From NCBI GenBank assembly GCA_030681555.1, contig JAUXRW010000048.1:1-62257 (forward strand): 62,257 bases of DNA, written 5' to 3'. The stretch comes from Acidimicrobiales bacterium (lineage in GTDB: Bacteria > Actinomycetota > Acidimicrobiia > Acidimicrobiales > VFJN01). Each line of letters starts with the position of its first letter. Position 1 is the first letter of the stretch. The translations under genes were made by a program, and so were the position numbers. Below are positions 54,614-62,257 of the stretch, piece by piece. A model generated the notes under the pieces. It saw only the letters and a program-made list of their open reading frames with translations. It was not told where the DNA came from and ran no database searches.

Positions 54614-56436
54614 TCGACGACGGGAGGGGGCTGCGTGGTCGGAGGCGGCGGGGGCTGCGTGGTCGGAGGTGGCGGCGGGGGCTGCGTGGTCGGAGGCGGC
54701 GGGGGAGCCGTGGTGCTCGGGGCGCGGGTGGTGGCCGTCGCCCGTCGGACGGTCGTCGTGGTGCGACGCGCGACCGTTGTGCTCGTGCGCCGCCGTGCCG
54801 TGGTGTCGGTCACGGCCTCGCCCGTGGTGGTCTCGACCGGCACGACCGCCTCGGTCACCGGCACGGCCGCGGTCGTGGTGTCGGAGGTGCTGCGGGTGCG
54901 GCGGATCGTCGTGGAGGTCGAGCTCGTCGTCTCGTCCTCCGACGCCACGAGGCTCGGACGCTCGGAATCGTCGATGAGCTGCGTGCCGAGGCCGATCAGC
55001 CCGAGCACGCCGGCGGCCAGGCCCAGCGCCACGAGCGCGCGACGACCGCGCCGGCGGCGCTTGGGCGCCGGGTCTAGCCCGCTGGCGTCGTCGTCCTCGA
55101 CGCCCTCGCCGAGGTGGTGGCCGTCCACCGGTGCGGCGGCGGCGGTCGCCGCACCGGCTGCCGTGCCTGCACCCGCCGCCGCAGCGGCGCCGTACATACG
55201 AGCGTCGGCGACGGCGGCGGCGCGTCGCGGCCGGTGTGCATCGAGCTCTGGCTCCGCGAGGGCTCCCTGCACCGGGCCGAAGACGGACGCGTAGTCGAGG
55301 CTCGAGACGTCGATGGAGGCGCCGGCGCCGTCCGCCATCACATCCTCGGGGCCGAGCGGGAACGACGAGTCGATCAGGAGCGCATCCTCCATCTGCTCGT
55401 CGAGCTCCGCCTCCAGCTCGGCCTCGACCTGGTCGGGCTCCGCCTCGTGGCGGAAGGAGGTGAGCGCGGGTGCCGGCCCTGGCCCGACGATCTCGCCGCC
55501 GGTGCCCCGACCCCAGAGGTCGACGTCGACGGGGGCCATCGTGGCCCCCGCCGCGCCGTCGGCGTCCGGGTCGTCGGGCGTGGGGACGTCCGTCGTGGCC
55601 CGTTCGGCCGCGATGCGCAGGCCGTCGCCGGGCGGAACGGCGATGCCCGTCTGGGCGGTGGCGCCCACGAGGCCCGCAGCGGCGGCACCGCCGACGACGG
55701 CGACCGGACCCGTCAACGCTTCGTCCTGCTCGTCGCCGTGCTCCTCGTCCTGTGCATCGGCGCGGGCCGCCAGATCCTCTGCGAAGCGATCACCGGCGGC
55801 AGGGGCCTCCGCAGCGCCGTCCGACTCGTCGTCGGACTGATCGAGCACCGCGTCCGGAGGGGCCATGTGGCGGGGCCGCACGGTGGCGTCGATGCGCTCG
55901 AAGGCGGCTGCGTCGTCGGTGGGGGCTGCCCGCTCCGGCGGCTCCTCGTAGGCGACCTCGGGCACCACCCCCGGCTTCGGGACCGCCGCGGGTGCGGGCG
56001 GGGGGCTCCCGGCGCCGATATCGCGGGCAAGATCGTCGAACCCGTCGTCCTCCAGGAGCGGAGGCACGACCGCCGCACCGACCCGACGGCGGGGTGGCTG
56101 GGCCAGCGCGGGCGGGCTGAACGCGTCGACGGAGAGGCCGGCGACGTCCTCGGCGTCGTGGTCGGTCTCCAAGGCGCGTGCCACATCTCGCTCGTCGAGC
56201 GACGGGAGGCTGAGGTTCGTCCCTGTCTGCACCGGGCGACCGGCTCGCTGGCGGGCGATGCGCAGGGCAGTCGCGTCGTCGACGGCGTCGTTCTCCACCA
56301 CGACGACGTCCCAGTCGGCGGGGTTCTCGAGGTCCTCCACCGACACGAGGATGCGCGGCGGCCGAGAGACGGACCCCGTCGCCACAGGGGCCGTGGGCCG
56401 CTCGGGCTCGGTGGGCTCGGGGGGTTCCGGGGTCAT
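54610..56436 (-). CDS. Low-complexity single-pass membrane protein (acidic cytoplasmic part, Thr/Pro-rich exterior)
   Basis: KRRRRGRR then TM, followed by a Thr-rich and PPPPTTQ tail. Start uncertain (56436-56610). Confidence 0.65.
   Translation of the reverse strand: MTPEPPEPTEPERPTAPVATGSVSRPPRILVSVEDLENPADWDVVVVENDAVDDATALRIARQRAGRPVQTGTNLSLPSLDERDVARALETDHDAEDVAGLSVDAFSPPALAQPPRRRVGAAVVPPLLEDDGFDDLARDIGAGSPPPAPAAVPKPGVVPEVAYEEPPERAAPTDDAAAFERIDATVRPRHMAPPDAVLDQSDDESDGAAEAPAAGDRFAEDLAARADAQDEEHGDEQDEALTGPVAVVGGAAAAGLVGATAQTGIAVPPGDGLRIAAERATTDVPTPDDPDADGAAGATMAPVDVDLWGRGTGGEIVGPGPAPALTSFRHEAEPDQVEAELEAELDEQMEDALLIDSSFPLGPEDVMADGAGASIDVSSLDYASVFGPVQGALAEPELDAHRPRRAAAVADARMYGAAAAAGAGTAAGAATAAAAPVDGHHLGEGVEDDDASGLDPAPKRRRRGRRALVALGLAAGVLGLIGLGTQLIDDSERPSLVASEDETTSSTSTTIRRTRSTSDTTTAAVPVTEAVVPVETTTGEAVTDTTARRRTSTTVARRTTTTVRRATATTRAPSTTAPPPPPTTQPPPPPPTTQPPPPPTTQPPPVVE
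54626..54707. repeat. Coding tandem repeat, 3 x 24-27 bp (PPPPPTTQ)
   Basis: ggggctgcgtggtcggagg(t/c)ggc repeated three times. Confidence 0.85.
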
Positions 56437-56686
56437 GACGTGGTATCCATTCACCCACACCGGTCCGGTGGGTGCAACATCGTCGGGCGGTCGCGCGGCG
56501 ACCATGCCCGTGGTTGCGGGTTTGACTGCCCGGGGAGCGCGGGGCATGCTTCTGCCTGGCTTGTGAAGTGTGCCCCACCCGCGGGCGACGACGAAGTACG
56601 ATCCCCCCACGTTGGTTTCCGGGTGGAACGCCAGCGACCGATCTATTTAGGCGGGCACCGACCCGCGATGAGCTCCTGGAGGAGAC

Positions 56687-59600
56687 TTGACCTACAGCAC
56701 CGGCGACGATCTGGACCGGACGACGAGCGGACGGTTCGTCCGCAACCTCGCCCTGTCACTTTCCGGGGGCGCACTTCTGACGCTCCTCGGAGCGTCTGCT
56801 GCACACGCGCAGGACACCTCCGGAGCAGCTGCCGCCGGGACGGATTCCGCCGGCACCGGCGCCGCCAGCACCGGCGATGCCACGGCGACCGGCAACCAGG
56901 CCAACACCAACACCACGCAGACGGTCACGGTCTCCGGCAACCTGGGCACGATCCAGGTGATCAACCAGCAGGCCAACGTCAGCAACACCGGCTCGGCCAC
57001 GGCGAACACCGGCGGCAACATCGCCATCGGCAACAGCTCCGACAACCAGGCCGAAGCTGATCAGGAGGGCGTCGGCTCCGGCATCGCCTCCAACACCGGC
57101 ACGGCATCCAACGGCAGCAACGGCACCGCCAGCATCACCACGGGCAACGCCACGGCCACCGGGAACGACTCGCACACGGTCATCAACCAGACCGCCAACG
57201 GTCAGGCCCACGGCCAGCTCGGTGGCATCCTGGTGATCAACCAGCAGGCCACCGTGAACAACAGCGGTGAGGCCGACGCCAACTCCGGCGGCAACACCGC
57301 GCTCGGCAACGGCTCCGACAACGAAGGCCTGCTGTGGCAGGACGCGGAGGGCGACGGCTCGCTGGCGTCCAACGGCGGCACGGCCACCAACTCCTCCGAC
57401 GGCAAGGCGACGATCAACACCGGCGCCGCATCGGCCACCGGCAACAAGTCCCGCACCGACGTCGTCCAGCAGGCCTCCGGCTCCGCCGGCGGTGCCCTGG
57501 GCGGCCTCGTCGTCATCAACCAGAACGCCAACGTCACCAACCAGGGCACGGCCACCGCCAACTCCGGGAACAACGAGGCCGAGGGCAACGAGTCGGAGAA
57601 CGACGCCGAGCTCGACCAGGAGGCCGGCGGCCTCGGCGGCGGCGCGGCCATCGGCATTGCTGCCAACAACGGGGAGGCCTCCAACCACTCCAACGGCACC
57701 GGCGCGATCTCCACCGGCGCTGCGACGGCCATCGGCAACGACTCGGTCACCAACGTCACGCAGTCGGCCAACTCGAACATCAGCGGCCCTGGCGGGGGCG
57801 CCATCGTCACGCAGAACTCCAGCGTCCTCAACTCCGGCACGGCCGACGCCAACTCCGGTGGCAACGAGGCCGACGGGAACCGCTCCGACAACGATGCCGA
57901 CATCGACGAGCAGGAGGCCGAGGGCTCCGGTGCCCTGGCCATCGGCGTCGTCGGCAACTTCGGCCTGGCGGAGAACACCTCCGACGGCACCGGCACCGTG
58001 AGCTCAGGCCGCGCCACGGCGGTGGGCAACCGGTCCGAGACCAACGTCAACCAGAGCTCCAACGTCACGGGCGGGGCGCTCAACGTCCACACCCAGGGCA
58101 ACCTCGTCACGAACATCGGTAGCGGCACGGCCAACTCCGGTGATAACGAGGCCGAGGGCAACGAGTCCGAGAACGACGCCGACGTCGACAACCAGGACGC
58201 CGACCTCGTGCAGCCGGGTGGCGTCACCGGGGTCAACGGGCAGTTCGCCAAGGCGCACAACTCCTCCGATGGCACCGCCTCCATCACGACGGGTGATGCG
58301 ACGGCCGTCGGCAACAGCTCCGAGACCAACGTCAACCAGCACATCGACCCCGCCGGCGTCGTGGTGGCCTCGCAGGGCACGGCCGTCATCAACGCCGGCA
58401 CCGCAACCGCGAACAGCGGCGGCAACTTCGCCCTCGGCAACGCCTCCGACAACGACGCCGACGTCGACCAGGACGCCGAGGTGGCCTCTGACAACGGTGG
58501 CGCCACCAACGCAGCCCTCGTGGGGGCGCTTGTCGCCCACAACGACGGCGAGGCCTCCAACGACTCCGACGGCACGGCCACCATCGTCACCGGCGACGCC
58601 ACGGCGACCGGCAACGAGAGCCAGACCTGGGTCGACCAGCAGTCGAACGGCACCGGCGACGGCGCCGGCGTCATCGTCAACACCCAGGGCGCCCTCGTGG
58701 TGAACGCAGGGGCCGCCGCGGCCAACAGCGGCGGCAACTTCGCCTTCGGCAACCTTTCGGACAACGACGCCGACGTGGACCAGGACATGGACGTCCTCTC
58801 CGACAACGGCGGTGACGTCGTGGTCATCGCTGCCGCAGTGGTCGGCAGCAACAACGGCCGGGCCACCAACGCCTCCGACGGCACCGCCACGATCCACACC
58901 GGCGACGCCACGGCCACCGGCAACCGCAGCGCCACCGCGGTCAGCCAGCTGGCCAACGGCGACGTCGACGGCCTCGGCGGGGTCATCAACACCCAAGCCG
59001 CCGTGGTGACCAACACCGGGCTCGGCGTGGCCAACAGCGGCCTGAACCTGGCCGTCGGCAACGCGTCGGAGAACGAGGCCGATCTCGATCAGGACGTCGA
59101 GATCGCCTCCGACAACGGCGGCGACGTCTTCCTTCTCGCCTTCCCCGGCGGCGTCACCGGCACCAACTCGGGCACGGCGTCCAACGAGTCCGACGGCACC
59201 GCCGAGGTGCACACCGGCAACGCCGACGCCACGGGCAACGCGTCGGCCACGAACCTCAGCCAGGTGGCCGAGGGCTCGGTCGATGGCCTCGGGCTCGTGG
59301 TCAACACGCAGGTCGGGGGTGTGGTCAACGCCGGTCTCGGCATCGCCAACAGCGGCCTCAACGCTGCCGTCGGCAACGTCTCGGACCAGGACGGCGGCGA
59401 GGGCGCCGACCTCGACCAGGACATCGACATCGCCTCCAACAATGGCGACGACGTCGCCGTGATCGCAGCCGCCGTCACCGGGAACAACTCCGGGACGGCC
59501 AGCAACACGTCCGACGGCACGGGCATCGTCCACACGGGAGGGGCGCAGGCCCAGGGCAACGTGTCCGGCACCATCTTCGAGCAGACGGCCACCGGCTCCG

Positions 59601-60955
59601 TCGGCGAGAACGGCCTCGGCGCCGTCATCAACACGCAGGCAGGCGGCGTGGCCAACCTCGGCGCCGCCGTCGCCAACAGCGGCCTGAACCTCGCCGTCGG
59701 CAACGCCTCGGAGAACGAGGCCGACATCGACGACCAGGACGTGGAGATCGCCTCGGAGAACGGCGGCGACGTGTTCGCCCTCGTGGCCGGGCCGCTCACC
59801 GCCAACAACTCGGGTGACGCCTCCAACACGTCCGACGGCACCGCCAAGGTGAAGACGGGTGGCGCCCTTGCCACCGGCAACGCCTCGGCCACGGCCTTCG
59901 CCCAGCGTCAGAACAGCACGGTCGACGGGCTCGGCATCGTCGTCGGTACCCAGCTCGGCGGCGTCGTCAACGCCGGCGCAGCGGTCGCCAACACGGGCCT
60001 GAACCTGGCCGTCGGCAACGCTTCGGAGAACGACGCCGACATCGACGAGCAGGAAGTGGAGATCGTCACCGACAACGGTGGCGCTGGGGTCCTGTTCGTG
60101 CTCGGTCCGGTCACGGGCAACAACGCCGGCACGGCGTCCAACTCGTCCGACGGCGAGGCCTGCGTCTGCACCGGCAATGCAGTGGCCAGTGGGAACGTCT
60201 CGTCCACCACGTTCCTCCAGGACATCGACGCCTCGACGGGCGGCGGTGCGGTGGTGATCACCACGGTCGGCGGGGTCCTCAACGCCGGTGTCGGCATCGC
60301 CAACAGCGGCCTGAATGCCGCCTTCGGCAACATCTCCGACAACGACGCCGACCTCGAGCAGGATGTCGACGTCCTCGACGGCGCTTCGCTGTTCGGCGTC
60401 GGCCCGCAGACGGCCACCAACAGCGGCGAGGCCAGCAACAGCTCGACCGGCACGGGCAAGGTCGGCAGCGGCAACGCCACGGCGCGGGGCAACGTGTCGA
60501 CGACGAACTTCGCCCAGAGCGCAGTCGTCGACGGCAGCGCTGCCTTCGGCCTGATCCTTGGCACCGTGACGAACACCGGGTTCGGTCTGGCCAACAGCGG
60601 CCTGAACCTGGGGGTCGGCAACGATTCCGAGAACGACGCCGACCTGGAGCAGGAAGCCGATGGCGCCGGCACGGTGGCCAACAGCGGCGCTGCGAAGAAC
60701 GAGTCGGGCGGCTCCGGGCTGGTCGGCAACCCCGACTGCGAGGACAAGCCGGTGGTCGCCCCGCCGGTCGACGTGCCCAAGGTGGAGACCCCCGAGGCCC
60801 CCGAGGCCCCCGAGGCCCCGGCGGACCGCGCCGCAGCCCCGGGTGGAGCGTCGCTGCCCCGCACCGGTGGCCCGCTCGAGGCCCAGGCTGCCGTCGCCCT
60901 CATGCTGCTCCTCGCCGGCTTCGGCCTGCGTCGGAAGAGCGCTCAGCTCAGCTGA
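56687..60955 (+). CDS. 1422-aa sortase-anchored Asn/Gly/Ala/Ser repeat surface protein (predicted beta-solenoid)
   Basis: TTG start behind GGAGG; signal peptide ending AHA|QD; 13 copies of AN(S/T)GxNxAxGNxSxN.A..DQ; PEAPEAPEAP stalk; LPRTG at 60854-60868, then TM and RRK. Confidence 0.9.
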   Translation: MTYSTGDDLDRTTSGRFVRNLALSLSGGALLTLLGASAAHAQDTSGAAAAGTDSAGTGAASTGDATATGNQANTNTTQTVTVSGNLGTIQVINQQANVSNTGSATANTGGNIAIGNSSDNQAEADQEGVGSGIASNTGTASNGSNGTASITTGNATATGNDSHTVINQTANGQAHGQLGGILVINQQATVNNSGEADANSGGNTALGNGSDNEGLLWQDAEGDGSLASNGGTATNSSDGKATINTGAASATGNKSRTDVVQQASGSAGGALGGLVVINQNANVTNQGTATANSGNNEAEGNESENDAELDQEAGGLGGGAAIGIAANNGEASNHSNGTGAISTGAATAIGNDSVTNVTQSANSNISGPGGGAIVTQNSSVLNSGTADANSGGNEADGNRSDNDADIDEQEAEGSGALAIGVVGNFGLAENTSDGTGTVSSGRATAVGNRSETNVNQSSNVTGGALNVHTQGNLVTNIGSGTANSGDNEAEGNESENDADVDNQDADLVQPGGVTGVNGQFAKAHNSSDGTASITTGDATAVGNSSETNVNQHIDPAGVVVASQGTAVINAGTATANSGGNFALGNASDNDADVDQDAEVASDNGGATNAALVGALVAHNDGEASNDSDGTATIVTGDATATGNESQTWVDQQSNGTGDGAGVIVNTQGALVVNAGAAAANSGGNFAFGNLSDNDADVDQDMDVLSDNGGDVVVIAAAVVGSNNGRATNASDGTATIHTGDATATGNRSATAVSQLANGDVDGLGGVINTQAAVVTNTGLGVANSGLNLAVGNASENEADLDQDVEIASDNGGDVFLLAFPGGVTGTNSGTASNESDGTAEVHTGNADATGNASATNLSQVAEGSVDGLGLVVNTQVGGVVNAGLGIANSGLNAAVGNVSDQDGGEGADLDQDIDIASNNGDDVAVIAAAVTGNNSGTASNTSDGTGIVHTGGAQAQGNVSGTIFEQTATGSVGENGLGAVINTQAGGVANLGAAVANSGLNLAVGNASENEADIDDQDVEIASENGGDVFALVAGPLTANNSGDASNTSDGTAKVKTGGALATGNASATAFAQRQNSTVDGLGIVVGTQLGGVVNAGAAVANTGLNLAVGNASENDADIDEQEVEIVTDNGGAGVLFVLGPVTGNNAGTASNSSDGEACVCTGNAVASGNVSSTTFLQDIDASTGGGAVVITTVGGVLNAGVGIANSGLNAAFGNISDNDADLEQDVDVLDGASLFGVGPQTATNSGEASNSSTGTGKVGSGNATARGNVSTTNFAQSAVVDGSAAFGLILGTVTNTGFGLANSGLNLGVGNDSENDADLEQEADGAGTVANSGAAKNESGGSGLVGNPDCEDKPVVAPPVDVPKVETPEAPEAPEAPADRAAAPGGASLPRTGGPLEAQAAVALMLLLAGFGLRRKSAQLS

Positions 60956-60976
60956 CCGGGCAACCTCCAGCAGTTC

Positions 60977-61010
60977 CACGAGGGGCCCTTCGGGGCCCCT
61001 CGTGCGCGTT
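60977..61010 (+). terminator. Intrinsic terminator-like hairpin
   Basis: 12-bp perfect stem cacgaggggccc-TTCG-gggcccctcgtg followed by cgcgtttc. Confidence 0.8.
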
Positions 61011-61090
61011 TCGGATGCGGGGCGTGGGACGTCGACGGGCCGCGCGCCCGAGGCCGCAGGGTCTGCCCCGATACACGCCGAAAACAGTTC

Positions 61091-61119
61091 TTGGACATTT
61101 GCCGCAGGTTCAGTAGATT
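61091..61119 (+). promoter_or_regulatory. Housekeeping-sigma-type promoter for the second repeat gene
   Basis: TTGGAC-N17-TAGATT. Confidence 0.6.
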
Positions 61120-61205
61120 CCGAGCGCAACGTCCCGGCGAGGGCGGCACGATCGACCGGTGCCTGCTGGCCCGGTTCCCATGAACATCAGCCAGGAGACG
61201 CCAGA

Positions 61206-62257
61206 ATGCGCAACGAGACCCTCGATCAGACCCCCGCGGTGAGCCGGAGGGTTGCCCGCAACCTGCTGCTGTCCTTGACCGGTGGGGTGGCCTTGACGTT
61301 GGCCGGCCAGGCGGCGGCGCAGGCGCAGGATGCCGGCACGGATTCCACGGGCGCAGGCGCGGTCGGCACGGGTGATGCGGACGCGACGGGCAACGTTGCC
61401 CACAACGACTCGCGCCAGGGGCTGGACGGCTCGGGCAACGGAGTCACGACCCAGACCGGGACCATCAACAACTCCGGCGTCGCGGTTGCTGACACCGGCC
61501 GGAACACGGCGGTCGGCAACGAGTCGGTCAACGGGGCCGCCGGCGTGCAGACCGCGGACGGGGGCACGGGCCTCGCCAACAACTCGGGCGAGGCCAGCAA
61601 CGCCTCCGACGGCTCGGCGTTCGTCACCACGGGTGATGCGACGGCAGTCGGCTCGGAGTCGACGAACACGCTGACCCAGTCGGGCACGCTCGCGGGCGGG
61701 TTCCTGGTGCTCTTGCAGGACGGCACGATCACCAACTCCGGGCTCGGGGTGGCCACGACCGGCGGGAACGACGCGGTGGGAAACACGTCCACCAACGGCG
61801 CAGGCGTGCTCCAGAACGCGTTGGCTCCGAACGGCCTGGCCAACAACGCCGGCACGGCCGCCAACACCTCGGGTGGGGCTGCCGTCATCGCCACGGGCAA
61901 GGCGGAGGCAGTCGGCAACCGCGGCGTCTCGAGTGTGCAGCAGATTGCCGGAGGCAGCGACGGTGGCGCGTTCGGAGGTCTGGTCCTGATCGACCAGACG
62001 GCGGACGTCACCAACGAGGGTGAGGCCAGGGCGAGCACGGGCGACAACACCGCCATCGGCAACGATTCGCTGAACGTTGCCTTCCTCGACCAGGACGCCA
62101 TCACCCCCGCCGCGGCAGCGCCGGTGGCGGTGGTGAACCCGGCCGCCGCCGGTCTGGGCGGTGCCCTCGTTGGGGCCCCCGGCGCCGGCTTCGGCGGACT
62201 CGGCGGTGCCGGCGGAGCCGGCGGTGCCGCGCTCCCCGGAGGGCCGGGCGCGCCCGG
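61206..62257 (+). CDS. Paralogous secreted repeat protein (partial, runs off the window; absent from the ORF track)
   Basis: RBS AGGAG; MRNETLDQTPAVSRRVARNLLLSLTGGVALTLAGQAAAQA|QD; the same TGDAxAxGN / NSGEASNASDG / TGxNxAVGNxS repeats; frame open to the window end. Confidence 0.85.
   Translation, partial: MRNETLDQTPAVSRRVARNLLLSLTGGVALTLAGQAAAQAQDAGTDSTGAGAVGTGDADATGNVAHNDSRQGLDGSGNGVTTQTGTINNSGVAVADTGRNTAVGNESVNGAAGVQTADGGTGLANNSGEASNASDGSAFVTTGDATAVGSESTNTLTQSGTLAGGFLVLLQDGTITNSGLGVATTGGNDAVGNTSTNGAGVLQNALAPNGLANNAGTAANTSGGAAVIATGKAEAVGNRGVSSVQQIAGGSDGGAFGGLVLIDQTADVTNEGEARASTGDNTAIGNDSLNVAFLDQDAITPAAAAPVAVVNPAAAGLGGALVGAPGAGFGGLGGAGGAGGAALPGGPGAP

Noticed and set aside
54626-60820. CRISPR array or DGR template/variable repeat pair among the repeats
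   Set aside because: The repeats are in-frame coding units that vary at synonymous positions, with no spacer pattern, no adenine-specific mismatches noticed, and no cas or RT gene in the window.

Overview
A GC-rich actinobacterial chromosome segment spanning the replication origin; gene order and protein style suggest class Acidimicrobiia (inference). Left arm (minus strand): dnaA-oriC-dnaN-recF-dciA-gyrB-gyrA. Right arm: rpmH-rnpA-yidD-yidC-jag-rsmG-parS-parA-parB, trxAB, an ECF sigma/anti-sigma/Ser-Thr kinase cluster, cca, ino1/PadR, ponA, panB, rpsF-ssb-rpsR-rplI-dnaB (with a P-loop intein), a PEP-utiliser operon, arfB, murA and amtB-glnK. Most of it is ordinary core genome. Five things stand out. 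(1) A sortase-anchored DUF11 surface-protein gene has one in-frame UAG exactly where its sister repeat has the predicted isopeptide Lys, followed by a hairpin, which separates a secreted form from an anchored form. (2) Tandem paralogous Asn/Gly/Ala/Ser repeat proteins; the complete one has 13 repeats of about 95 aa and an LPRTG anchor, resembling an uncharacterised curli/chaplin-like beta-solenoid surface system. (3) An ECF sigma gene appears to start at a leaderless AUC. (4) gyrA is truncated at the window edge. (5) There are REP/REPIN-like intergenic palindromes. No tRNA, rRNA, CRISPR array or transposase was seen. All calls come from reading the sequence; no database searches were run.
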